Shown piece after piece: positions 36,925 through 49,770 of a stretch of 64,000 nt of DNA. A model generated the notes under the pieces. It worked only from the letters and a program-made list of their open reading frames with translations, was not told the origin of the DNA and ran no database searches. The stretch is from positions 24,800,001 through 24,864,000 of the forward strand of contig CM059429.1 in the NCBI GenBank assembly GCA_030390025.1, in the 5' to 3' direction. The position numbers and the translations under genes are program-made. How positions within the stretch are numbered: the first letter of the stretch is position 1; the number at the start of each line of letters is the position of its first letter. This stretch comes from Squalus acanthias. Its lineage: Eukaryota.

Positions 36925-38178
36925 TCATAGAATCATAGAAATTTAAGGCACAGAAGGAGGCCATTCAGCCCATCGTGTCTGCGCCGGTTGAAAAAGAGCT
37001 ATCCAGCCTAATTCCACTTTCCAGCTCTTGGATCGTAGGTTACGGCACTTCAAGTGCATATCCAAGTACTTTTTAAATGCAATGAGGCTTTCTGACTCTA
37101 CCACCCAGGCAGTACGTTCCAGACCCCTCACTGCCCTCTGGGTGAAAAGATTTCTCCTCAACTCCCCTCTAATCATCAGCTGTGGCTCAGTGGGTAACAC
37201 TCTCGCCTCTAAGTCAGAAGGTTGTGGGTTCAAGTCCCACTCCAGAGACTTGAGCACATAAAGCTAGGCTGACACTTCAGTGCAGTGCTGAGGGAGTGCT
37301 GCACTATAGGAGGTGCCATCTTTCGGATGAGACGTTAAACCGAGGTCCCATCTGCTCTCTCAGGTGGATGTAAAAGTTCCCACGGCACTATTTCGAAGAA
37401 GAGCAGGGGGTTATCCCCAGTATCCTGGCCAATATTTATCCCTCAATCAACATAACAAAAACAGATTATCTGGTCATTATCACATTGCTGTTTGTGGGAG
37501 CTTGCTGTACACAACTGGCTGCCACGTTTCCTACATTACAACAGTGACTACACTTCAAAAGTACTTCATTGGCTGTAAAGCGCTTTGGGATGTCCGGTAG
37601 TCGTGAAAGTCTTTCTTTCTAATTCTTCTACCAATTACTTTAAATCTATGCCCCCTGGTTATTGACCTCTCTGCTAAGGGAAATAGGTGCTTCCTATCCA
37701 CTCTGTCTAGGCCCCTCATAATTTTATACACCTCAATTAAATCTCCCCTCAGCCTCTTTTGTTCCAAAGAAAACAACCCCAGCCTTCTTCATGGCTAAAA
37801 TTCGCCAGTCCTGGCAACATCCTCATAAATCTCCTCTGTACTCTCTCTAGTGCAATCACATCTTTCCTGTAATGTGGTGACCAGAACTGTACACAGTACT
37901 CTAACAGTGGCCAAACTAGTGTTTTATACAGTTCTAGCATAACCTCCCTGTTCTTGTATTCTATGCCTCAGCTAATAAAGGAAAGTATCACGTGTGCCGC
38001 CTTAACCAACATTTCTACCTGTCCTGCTTCCTTCAGGGATCTGTGAACATGCACTCCAAGGTCCCTCTGTTCCTCTACACTTCTCAGTATCCTACCATTT
38101 ATTGTATATTCCCTTGCCTTGTTAGCCCTCTCCAAATGCATTACCTCACACTTCTCTGGTTTGAATTCCATTTGCCTA
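36925..38178 (-). mobile_element. CR1 LINE 3' portion interrupted by a SINE
   Basis: ORFs 37555-37776, 37749-37940 and 37968-38171 ([25 protein letters not shown]); tail catagaatcatagaa. Confidence 0.93.
37174..37617 (+). mobile_element. Deu-domain SINE (second copy) nested in CR1 with 6-bp TSD
   Basis: Collinear with 30173-30645; B box ggttcaagtcc; TCTAAT at 37168-37173 and 37618-37623. Confidence 0.92.
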
Positions 38179-38262
38179 TTTTCCTTTTTTTTGTTTAAGC
38201 AAAATTGTTCATTTTTATTGGTTTTATTTTATTGGTTTGGTGATGTAGTCACGACCACAACG

Positions 38263-38420
38263 CATAGAATCATATAATTTTACAGCACAGAAGAGGGCCA
38301 TTTAGCCTGCTGCACTTGTGCTGACACTTTGAAAGAGCTAGCCACTTAGTCCCATTCACCTACCCTTTCCCCATGCTGTTTGAAGTTTTACTTTTTCAAA
38401 TATTTATCCATTTCCCCTTT
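38263..38420 (-). mobile_element. Short CR1 3' tail
   Basis: catagaatcata...tacagcacagaagagggccatttagcc...aagagcta. Confidence 0.75.
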
Positions 38421-41400
38421 GAGATGATGAGCCACAAGTGCATACAGTAATGCCACACTGCTGAGGGAGGAGATGCCCTCTTGTTAACCAACACATTTCT
38501 TGTTAGCGAACTGCCATGACATCAGGCTCGATTTGAGAATGTGCTTGTGAGACGCAGTGCATCACCCTGCACTGCTGGGCAGTGTTGGCATTGTCAGCAA
38601 TGTACAGTAAGGACAGCCCTATCTTCATCACTTCTGCATCCAGTAGTAAAAATGACTGACCCTAATAAATAACATCTTCAAAAATACAAAATGATCAATA
38701 ATGTGCGCGTGGGGCACTGTAGTAGGGAATCGAAGGTAATCCAGCCTCATTAATTATCTTGATCCTCAGTTGCCAGCCTACTTTAAGTCTCTGTTAAAGT
38801 ACATAGGCTTGTATATTATTGATTAAGTGGACATCTTCCGTAATTAAAAATAAACATTGGGATGCATCAGTATAGTAAGATTCATACAACAGCATTAAGG
38901 GAATTGTGCAGTCCACAGATATAAAGTTATGACTAATCTTTTTGCATTTAGATTTCTTGTTTTTTTTTAAAAATAATAACACAAAGCAGTTCATGGACAT
39001 GAGATAGTTGGTCTGCCTTAAACACAATAACCAGATTCCATTGTTTAGCAGGAGCTGTGTCAGTTTGTGGGCTATGTGGAATATCGTTGCATTTCTTACA
39101 ATAGGTAGAGTCAAATATCCACCATCATTTAGATTTGTACTTTTGCAATGAACAGGAAACTCAATAAAATGAGGTAAATATTAAGGCTTCAGGAATAAAG
39201 CCCTGGAAATGCATAGCAGTTCACCCTTTCAAATTGTGAGGTGTAGCCTTATTAACCCCAGTGTCTGACTCTTCTCAGTACAATACTCAATATGCTCTCT
39301 TCATGAACTGTTCCATTGGGTGATGTCATGAGTGAGGCTCATGGCTCAGATTCAACCTATGGCATTAGTAAAACGGAGTACTAACAGGAAGGGGCGGGGC
39401 AGGGCGGTGGGGCAAGGTAAATCTTGAAGGTATGTATTCAGTACTTGTTGGAATTCATTCCTTCATAAAGTTTGCCATGTACGTTGCGAGGGTGAACGGT
39501 CCACAAGTACAGCGGAAAATTAGCAGATCTCCTCTTGGATATAATATTTATCTGAAATGCAATCGACAATGTCATAAGGACATTATGATATTAGGTCCAC
39601 CTGTGGGATATACATTGTATCCAGTAGCCCTTGGACTCATTTCCTTTTTATAGTCCAGTTCCTGTTTGGTATCTTTGCTTGTTTGATTAACAAGTTAAAA
39701 AAGAAAATAATACTTATACAAAGAAAACCAAGTCATTGTCGGCTAATCATTGGTACTAAAAATGACATTCTGGTGTACTTGCTGGGCAGGCATGGTGTCA
39801 GTCTGGCTCTAACTATTACCATGGGGCAATAGTATTAAAGAAACATCCTGAATGCCGTGCTTCACTCATTTAGTGATTACCAATCAGCGGCCCTTCCTTT
39901 GTTGCAGGGGTGCAGTGCTGAGAAGAAGTGTCCCTATCAGCGCACTTTGTGGGGAGGATTAGGAAACTTGACAGCTCATTTGTAAAATAGTTTTGCGGTA
40001 CAATGATCATATAAAATGTCAAACTAGTTCAGATGAAAATCCCATCTAATTCACGTTACCCAACAAGTCCACAGGCCTCAACCAAATTCCAAAATAGGTG
40101 GCTGAAGCGTGAATTGCAAAAATATGTGTGCCCCCTTGTTGATTTTGGGTTTATGTGACTGAGTGGGTAAACTGCATTGGTTTTTATAATCCTTGCTCTC
40201 CCACTGCCTTCTATTATTGAAAGTTTATTTCCTTGTAGCTCTTCTTGTCATTTACTACTTTTTTTTGTGGGGGGGGGGGGAAGAAGTATATATATTAAAA
40301 AATCCCTTCAATTAGCCTCATGCATGTGTTGTCCAAATGAGGAAAGTGGGCAAAGTTCGGTTTCATTTTTTAAAAATGTACAAATATTGTACAGGTGATG
40401 CCACAGCTGTAAATACCGTGGGAAATATGACCTGGGGGAGAATAATGAAGTATATGTGAGAGTTGCAGTGTAATTATAATGTCTGATGCCAAGAAATACA
40501 GAAGGAATGCTGAAAGAAAGCCAGCAATGGAATATTTAATAGTTGACTATAGCAGAGTGAACACTAGTCCTTTTTTGTGTGGAGAGAGCCTTCTAAAGTG
40601 CCCGGCTGCTGAGGAACTGACTCAAGTGCCCCCTGCAGTTGTGTTTTTTTTTTCTCTGCCTCTTCCATCTGGGGCAAAGAAATGGCAATTTGTGAATGAG
40701 CACCACTCGTCACCCACTGAACGCCTCCTTTGTGTGAGAGGCGTCTTTCAATATCAAGACCGAAACAGAGACACTTGATCAGTGGTGATTGTTAGCCCTT
40801 AATTATAATTACATGAACTTGCCTGTTAAATTCAACACCGAGAATTGGTGTCTTAATATAGAAGGGGCACGGCAGCTTGCGAGTACTCTCGGTAAGGTTA
40901 AGGCGAGCATAGATTTACATTACCAAGTGTCCCGCTGGATGAGGGCCAGGAGTGAGCCTCTTGTACGCACATATACACACAGACAGCTGCAAGTAGGAGG
41001 TCTTCAGATAAGACTTGGAAATATTTGATAGTTATCTTGGAGTAGTGTAGAGCTGTATTATTTCTTTGCAGCTGTGAGGTGATAAAAGCAAGCGATGGCA
41101 CTTTGTGTGGGACTCACAGATTGGACTTCAGCTTTCAATCTGATGTTAGTCACCTATGTCTTGCGTCTGAAAAGAAAGAAACAATCCCACAATCCAGGAG
41201 AAAATGCTTTATTATGAATGTAGGACAAAGCCAGAATGGGACCTTTTTGTACTCCAGAATAAACACTGGTCTCCTTACTTTACCTTTCACACCTCCAGTT
41301 TAAAAAAAAACAGAATGAAAGAAAAGTTTTAGTTCTGACTAGCAACCTAGCAACCACCATTCAATGCAAACAATGTGATAAACACACGCCCCATTCTTTT

Positions 41401-41800
41401 TCTTTTTCTATGAAAATTGTTTGATAACTTGCATTTGCGTTTTCTGATCACTTTTAGATACCGTTTAATTAACTTCAATTTAGATCTGATTGAGATTGTT
41501 TAAGTTAATAAAGAATTCATTTTTAGTGTTTAGTTTTTCACTCTCTCTCATATTAATGAGCTAAATGAAACTGAGATAAATAGCTATGGAAACAGCCGAG
41601 GCTTAAGGCTTGGAAAGGTCGGAATCCATAATGCAGGCACTGGTGATCACACACTATTCAATACCATATTAAATATTCAATTGTTGCAGCTTTTATTTAA
41701 TAATACTTTGAAATACCCTATCACGCTGACACATCTCTCGGTGCCCTACACAGTGAATTACACTGAAAAACAGTGGCTGTTATGTTGACTGTAGTTATAA

Positions 41801-41850
41801 TTGTAACAGGATGTTGTGATTCTAGTTGTAACAGGATGTTGTGATTCTAG
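41801..41850. repeat. Perfect 25-bp tandem duplication (ttgtaacaggatgttgtgattctag x2)
   Basis: Direct inspection. Confidence 0.95.
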
Positions 41851-42049
41851 TTTGCAAATAGTGTTGTGGCAATGCTCACTAGTAAGTATGAAGTCAATAG
41901 AAAGGCAAATTGGGAGAGATGTATAACAGGCAGCTGATCCAATATCGCCCGTTTTACACTATCACCAAAAGTTAAAATGACCCCTAATTATTCTACTATC
42001 CGGCAATAGCAGTGACTGAATTGTTTCACTTACCAGTGATCACAAAGTT

Positions 42050-42400
42050 AAGTACAGATGAAGAAGACTATTTGGCCCATTTAGTTCTTCCTTTCATTGA
42101 AACCATTGGTCACACCCAACACAACATCAAATGGCCTCTCGAATGATCCCAAAGTTGTTGCCTCAATTATCATCATTCCGGATATTAATCATTCTTTACA
42201 TAAGTGTTTCCTTGCATCGGTCCTTAGCGTGCCTTTTACCAGTTTGTATAAATATCCCCCATGATAGATTAACTTAAAATGCTATTTTGGATTTATCTTT
42301 TCCATTCCACTTACTATCTTATATCACCTGTATAAGACTCCCTCTGATTCATCTTCTTTCAAGGCCAACGAGACTTAGTTATTTAGCCTTTCCTCCAACA
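42050..42400 (-). mobile_element. Highly decayed CR1 3' fragment
   Basis: gaagaagactatttggcccat...; cacttactatcttata...tataagactccctctga resembles antisense CR1 C-terminal sequence. Confidence 0.5.
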
Positions 42401-44512
42401 CTGGAGGTTCGATTTTTAACTCCCTCCACCTGGTAGAAACCAGTCAGGGGGCAGTCAAAATGGAACGGGGGACTTACCCACTCCTTTCCCTTCCCGATCT
42501 TGCTGACTGTGATTTTAAATTGCAGGCAGCAAGGAAACACATCCCAAGCTGACAAGAGTCCTCTTTAAATATGGAGATTGGGTTCCGATGACATCAACGG
42601 TGCCTGATCTACAATTTTAAACTGAGTCCTGAGCATGGGGAGCAGTGGTGACTTCCCGGTCACTAATTGTTCCACTGTCTGGTGATTGCAGTCACCAACT
42701 TATTCTACTGACTAGCGACCACACTGACCAGTAGTTGCATTAATCACTATTGTGATGTGATATATTAATTATTCCCATGCTTAAACCACAGACTTCCAGC
42801 AGTGCACAGGTTTTTGAAGGAATTAATTTCTATAGGTTTAACAATGCCTTCTTTGGTCTCCATGTCTATATTGCCACCTGGTCTGAATCAGCCCTTTCAC
42901 ATTTCTGTCTCCTTCCTTTGGGAAGTAATTGTTTGGCCTGGTGACAGTTTTATATCGTTCGTTACATCGCCTCTCCCTCTAGGAAAAGCACTCCGATTAA
43001 GGATGTCATGATAAAACAATACTCAATTCATCAAATAATAATGAACCCATGATAATCCCACAGCCCTTTTCCCATCTCATGATACGGTAATTATAAACAC
43101 TGTGATTATTCAGAGGAACAATGTTGGGAACTTCTCTTCTCTGCACAGCCACTAAAAGTACTAGCTCAGGCTGTTTTTAGGATCTGGCTGACTTAAGATA
43201 AACCCAGGCCTGTTCCAAGGATAATTGTATCCAAGCATAAAATTCCAGTGGAGCAAACCACATCCCATACACTCCCATTGTATAGAATCCTAGATCCAAG
43301 CAAAACATTTAAATACAAAATTCTGATCCGAGCACAACATTTTCACAGTTCTCTAATTCTTCGTATTTCTGCAGTACTAAATATAGTCTCCCCAGTGCCA
43401 GACATTGCTCCGTATTAGCAGCATGTTTTGAGCTGATCATTCTGGCATCAGCTAGCTGTTTCCTTTCGGTGTTTCGTGCCATTGGTGTTCAGGTTGAGCA
43501 GCCGAATGGATAATCAAACAGCACCAGAGATTTGCAAGTAGCTGGGTCTTTGTGTTTGCAGTTTATAGAACTCTGGGGCTGAGTAGAGCATTCTCCACTG
43601 AAGTAGTCCTGAGTTTACCAGGTTTGGACAATATGTTAGACTGAGGCAGGAAAACATGGAGCGTTTCCAAAGTTCAGCAGACCACGTGCAACCTGTGTGC
43701 TTTATGTGATACATAGGTCTCTGTGTGATTACTGTCCTTGTGTACGGGTTAGATTTGTTCCACACAAAATTACACTGTTTAAAACTGCATACGCCCACTG
43801 CTGACAGGTCAGTAAAACCTAATTTTTAATTATTCCTTCTGTAGGTTCATTAATAATATTCACCGGTGTTTAAGAAAAAATGCATTTGTGATGATGTCTC
43901 CTCAGCAGAGATGTATCCAGTTTCAAACAATATTTATGTGTAGAATAATTCTAACCTATAATAAGGACAGTAATCACACAGAGTTGTATCACACTGAGTA
44001 TGTGGGTTCCACATGATTTCTGTCAGTGGAACCTGGGTGTAAGGCTAAAGGCCTGTTAAGCATCATGATTAGTTTTCTACTGAAAAGTCCAGCTTGGGGT
44101 AATGTACCTCATTTTACTCCCATTCAGCATAAGGCTACAGTCACTGTAACTTTAAAATGAAATCCTTGTAAATCTTCTTGTAAAGGTGCATTATTCTTAT
44201 AATAAGTACAACTATTAATAAGGTGAACACCATTAAATTGATATTTTAAAAATATTCCCTGATGTAAATTTACATCATCTACAGATCAATATTGGGGAAA
44301 AAAAGATTCTGGAGATAAAATGAAGATCTTTGAGACCCTGTACAGATTCTTTATCACATCATGTGCTTCAATTCCATCAACCGCTGCTGGTTTTAATTTT
44401 GACCATTGAGTTAATTCACCCTCTAATGTTTGAAAGGTGTTTTTCTTGAAAACAAGGCACTTCAGTTCCCCAGTCCCTTTAGCATTAGAACATTTAGGAC
44501 CTGGGGAGCATT

Positions 44513-44688
44513 GGGGGCAATTTAAACCTAACCCATCCATCGGGATCGGGTGCAATGCTGGCTTTACACCCTGCCCGGTTTTACTCTCCATTGAAGCGAC
44601 TGGAGAGTAATATTGGACCGGATGTAAAACCAGCGTTGCACCCGATCCCATGAGTTTCCGGCCCGGGGAGTTAGGTTAGAATGACCTG
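44513..44688. mobile_element. Palindromic MITE
   Basis: gggatcgggtgcaatgctggctttacacc / ggatgtaaaaccagcgttgcacccgatccc and inner ttactctcca / tggagagtaa inverted repeats. Confidence 0.85.
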
Positions 44689-45214
44689 TGTCTGTATGTG
44701 TGTGCATGCACATGTTTTACTGTGTGTATTGATTGTGATGATTTACTGTTCATTTGTCTATTTTACTAATATGTATATGTTTGTGTGCCTTTTGTTGTGT
44801 TCATGTTTGTGTATTTTACTTTGTATGTGTTTGTGTATTTATTACTGTATGAATTTACTGTGTGTATTTTGTTGTGTATATATGTTTTACTGTGTGTGCA
44901 TTTCACTTTAGATATATGCTTGTATGTATACTTTTTGTGTACGTGTGTATATTGTGTGGATATAGCTCACAAGATAGGTTCAGATGAAAAAGGTCCCTCT
45001 GTGCATTTGATCTCATGCTTGATCTCATTTTTCCAGAATACCAGCCTTACTATCTAACATTAATGTCCACATGGCCATGCAGACAGGACCTTCATTTAAC
45101 ATGTTTTCTGAAAGGATTAACTAAAACACGTACAAACACGGACAATTGCACGCCGTAAAGCACACACGTTCAGGTCCTAGTGTGAGACTACCAACTGAGC
45201 CAAGTTCACACTAT

Positions 45215-45583
45215 GGCCCTGAAATTCTGCAGGGGTTCTTCCGGTCTGTGGAGGCTCAGTCGTTGAGTATATTCAAGATAGAGATCGATAGATTTTTGAA
45301 TATTAAGGGAATCAAGGGATATGGGGATAGTACAGGCAAGTGGAGATCAGGTAGAAGATCAGCCATGATCTTATTGAATGGCGGAGCAGGCTCGAAGGGC
45401 CAAATGGCCTACTCCTGCTCCTATTTCTTATGTCTCCCACTATAACTCCAGCGGAAACCCCCCAAAGAAACAATGTAAACAGCTGAAAATGGCAGTTAAC
45501 ACTGTTTCTCTGGAGGTTCTACTAGTCTCTGTCACTGGGGTTACAGCAGAAAACTAGGAGAACCCCCACAGAATTTCAGGGCC
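45215..45583. mobile_element. MITE with 25-bp TIRs, interrupted by a CR1 3' fragment (about 45246-45433, +)
   Basis: ggccctgaaattctgcaggggttct / agaacccccacagaatttcagggcc; the insert ends gggccaaatggcctactcctgctcctatttcttatgt. Confidence 0.85.
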
Positions 45584-47659
45584 TCTGTCTTATACTGTGA
45601 ATTTTGCTGTGTACATACATTAGCATATGTGTATTACAGTCAAGGTTGAGGATAGGAGCTCTGCTGCTGTAAATAAACATTACGAAGCTCATCAAAGTTG
45701 TGCATTACTCACAGTCTTTAATCCTCCAACATCATCATCATCATCAGGATCTATTCGCCCATGGTAAAAAAATAAACTCCTACCTGTCATTGCCATTCAT
45801 AGATCCCCTCATTCCGAATCTTACCCTTTTCATCCTTCATAAATATCTGTACCCTCCTCCTCGTTCTGTGTTGTGAGCTTGTTCCATGTCGCATGCTGCA
45901 CGTTGTGCAATCCTTCTCCTTAAACAGATATGCTTTGTACTGAAATATCAGATTCGCCTGTGAATAGCAAACCACAAGCAACAGCCCAGCAAAGGCTATA
46001 TTATCCTACGCATGCGACCATCTGGGACTGCAGGGGCTCTTTAGCAATTTAAAGAGTCCTTACACAACCAAAGTGTTCTGTGATTCTGTACATTCCTCAA
46101 ACTCAGCAATGCCTTGTGTGATTTCCCTCCCCCCCCCCTTTATTTTTCAGTAAGTATATCATAGAAAATATGTATTCTGAGAGCTTCCCGGGTCGCTGGA
46201 AGTATTAAACGGCACTGAGTAATCCTTTCACACCTACACCGGTTAATACGTCTGATTTAACATGGTTAGTGGAGTAAAGGACTGCCCACCGATTGGGTGA
46301 GGTCGATCTCGGGATCCCAAATGCAGACGCTGAACGAAGTGCCGCCATTTCTGATGTGCCCCTGTTGCCATGTTACAGAATGATTGGCTTGGTCATTCGT
46401 TTGTGCAAATACCAGCTAACCACAACACCCTAGTGACATTTTGTTTTACTAGTTTTGAGCAGTGTTCGTGCTCATTAAATCAAGTACAACAGTTGGGTAC
46501 TGGCTTGTTACCATGGTTTCACAATCGGCAAACTGACCGCGTAACGCAGTAAGTGTCAAAGTTGCTCGTGATTTAAGCAGTCAGGCCACCCGTCTGCTAC
46601 CTTGTCTTGTGACTTTAAATTGGAGAGTGTAATGATTTGCGCTTTATTCACAAGTTTATGTATGTAAGTATGCACATGAATGTCTAGTGCCTATGTATGT
46701 AGGCATTTCTTTATTTTCCTTAACGAATTGAAGTATGAGTGGAGGTACCTGCTTCACTGCGAGTTGGAGTTGGTGAAACGTACGTAATTACTAACATTTA
46801 TTTTAGTAGCTCTCACTAATTATCATATCATATCAATGTTTCCATCACACCACCAGTTGTGCGAGAGCGGGTGCGGGGAGGGGAGGGATGGGTTATTCAG
46901 CACTTTTTCACCATCAAGGTATTTTGCTCTAGAGAAGCACGGTGAAATTTTTACCTATGCTGTTCGACCAGCTCTGATGTAAGTAGGGTAGGACAATGGC
47001 CAATTCATATTAACTGTTTAGAGCACTTTCAGCATGTTCTGTGCATCTATTGTGTCTCAAATACCTGCTGTCTAATAATAAGGGCCGTTATTACAATCAC
47101 AGCCAGCACCAGTAGACAGCTATACATTTAATTTCAAGAAATACACACAAAAATATTACACTTATTACATTATTGATGCCGTGCAAGAAACGATACAGCC
47201 TGACTGTTAAACTCAGGGGTGCTTTTCCACTTTCAGATGTTTCTTTTTAATTGTTCTCCTGCGTGGAATCTAAGTTGCATTCAATTGTTCTTTTTAACTG
47301 CCTGTTGAATAGAATCATGTGACCCTCTGCTGGGTGTACAGGGCTCCTGCCAACCCTCTGTACAGTGTAAGGCCTGTCTCCTTCCCAGCCCCTGACTATC
47401 TTTACAGTTCAGCGATCTGAGGGCATATCAAAAAATGATAAAGCACCAAGTATCAGCTGGTACCGCAGAGCCACTCAGTGACGCCATTGGCTCAAGAATT
47501 AAAGTTTAAAGAATTTTCTGTATGTCCCCGGGGGGACTGTTACTGTACACTGATATAAGTGGGAAAAATATTTTATCTAAAAGTATATTATGGGTCGTCA
47601 CCAGTAACTTGCATTGCAACAAAAGCAATCATTTAATAAACATCAGTGCTTTAAATATT

Positions 47660-48598
47660 GGAATTTTCTACCCCAGAGGACTGTGGATGCTCAGTCATTG
47701 AGTATATTAAAGATTGAGCTTGATAGATTTTTGTACATAGAATCATAGAAAGTTACAGCATGGAAGGAGGCCATTTCAGCCCATCGTGTCCGCACCGGCC
47801 AACAAAGAGCTATCCAGCCTAATCCCACTTCCCAACTCTTGGTCCGTAGCCCTGCAGGTTAGAGCATCCCAAGTGCACATCCAACTACTTTTTAAATGTG
47901 GTTAGGGTTCCTGCCTCTTCCACCCTTTCAGGCAGTGAGTTCCAGACCCCCACCACCCTCTGGGTGAAGAAATTTCCCCTCAAATCCCCTCTAAACTTTC
48001 CACCAATTACTTTAAATCTGTGCCCCCTGGTTTTTGACCCTTCTGCTAAGGGAAATAGGTCCTTTCAATTCACTTTATCTATGCCCCTCATAATTTTATT
48101 CCCCTCAGCCTCCTCTGTTCCAAGGAAAACAGACCCAGCCTATCCAGTCTTTCCTCATAGCTATGATTCTCTACTCCCAGCAACATCCTTGTAAATCTCC
48201 TCTGTACCCTCTCTAGTGCAATCACATCTTTCCTGTAATGTGGTGATCAGAACTGCACGCAGTACTCTAGCTGAGGCCTAACTAGTGTTTAATACAGTTG
48301 AAGCATAACCCCCTTGCTCTTGTATTCTATGCCACGGCTAATAAAGGCAAGCATTCCGTATGCCTTCTTAAACACCTTATCTACTTGGCCTGCTACCTTC
48401 AGGGATCTGTGGACATGCACTCCAAGGTCCCTTTGTTCCTGCACACTACTCCGTGTACACTAAGGGAATCAAGGGATATAGGGATAGGGCGAGAAAGTGA
48501 AGTTGCGCTAGATGATCAGCCATGATCTTATTGAATGGTGGAGCAAGCTCGCAGGGCCGTATGGCCTACTCTTGCTCCTATTTCTTATGTTCTTATGT
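47660..48598 (+). mobile_element. CR1 3' end split by an antisense CR1 (47738-48453)
   Basis: Host halves are collinear with 45246-45433; TGTACA duplicated at 47732-47737 and 48454-48459. Confidence 0.85.
47738..48453 (-). mobile_element. CR1 LINE 3' portion with 6-bp TSD
   Basis: Tail tagaatcatagaa; same subfamily as 36925-38178 and 15842-16119. Confidence 0.92.
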
Positions 48599-49391
48599 TT
48601 AACTGAATGGTTAGACAAACTATTGAGTGTGTGCAAGGGAGCAAATCACAAGCTCAAACTTGATCCAATCAACAGAACAGACCCAGACCTGATCCAATAT
48701 GGTATACAGTCTTCAGTCATCTTGTTTTTACTCGCACCCGACCCAGGAAATAGCACATATCCCAGTCCAGCAGGTATGAGTGCTGAAATCCATGGGCCAG
48801 TTCAGCTGAAAGTACCATGTAGCTGTAAGGTGCAGATTTTCCAAAAAAAAATTAAACTATTGTATCAAATTGCTTCTTCATTTTGCATATGACACAGAGA
48901 TAAAGGGAATTTTATTGTGGCCAAGTTTATGTGGACTCTGTTTTTTGGACTTGGGACCACTGTTGAGACGAGGAAACTGACGCATTTATTAGGAGCCCTG
49001 TGACTCCGCCTTCAGCTTTTGGGCAGTTGTGAGATGTGTGTGAAAAGTGGGAGAAGCACAAAGTGTCCGCTTGCAGTTATCATCCAGGTGAAAGAAGGTT
49101 CAGTAGTCTCTTTGTGGCACTAGCTGTGTAAACCTACAGGACTCTGTAAATAAAATGACCCTGTTATTAACCATTAGGAGCAATAGTCCTCGAGTTCCAT
49201 TTGTATTATCCCAGTTAACTTCCTGGAAAGTTGAAAGGTCTGCAATTATTCATTACCTTTGTCAGCACATGTGAGCGCAGGCACATCTATTAATAGAGCA
49301 GGCCACCTGACCTATTCCACGTGTGTAAATTATATACCATATAAATCTTGTCTATTTAATACTGGGTGTGAGGAGAGCTTAAAAAAAATCA

Positions 49392-49770
49392 GTCTCGGGA
49401 TGTTCACTGGCAAGGCCAGCATTTATTGCCCATCCCTGATACAATTGAATGGGCAATAAATGCCGGCTTTGCCGGCGATAAGAGTCCTACACATTGATCT
49501 GGCACTGGAGTTGCATATAGGCTAGACCGGGAAAGGACGACAGCTTTCATTCCCTAAAGGAAGGACATTAGTGAACCAGTTGGGTTTTTTACGACAATCT
49601 GACAGTTTCACTGTCGCTTTTACTGAGACCGGCTTTTATTTAGGGGTTTTTTTAAAAACTGAATTCAAAAATTCTCAAACTGCTGTGGTGGGATTTAAAC
49701 TCGTATTCTCTGGATTATTTGTCCAGGTCCCTGGATTACTAGTCCAGTAACATAACCACTATAGCAGCGT
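49392..49770 (-). mobile_element. tRNA-derived SINE sharing its 3' tail with the LINE at 57996-58562
   Basis: Minus-strand head gctatagtggttatgttactggactagtaatccag...gagtttaaatcccaccacagcag; tail gggatgggcaataaatgctggccttgccag. Confidence 0.75.
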
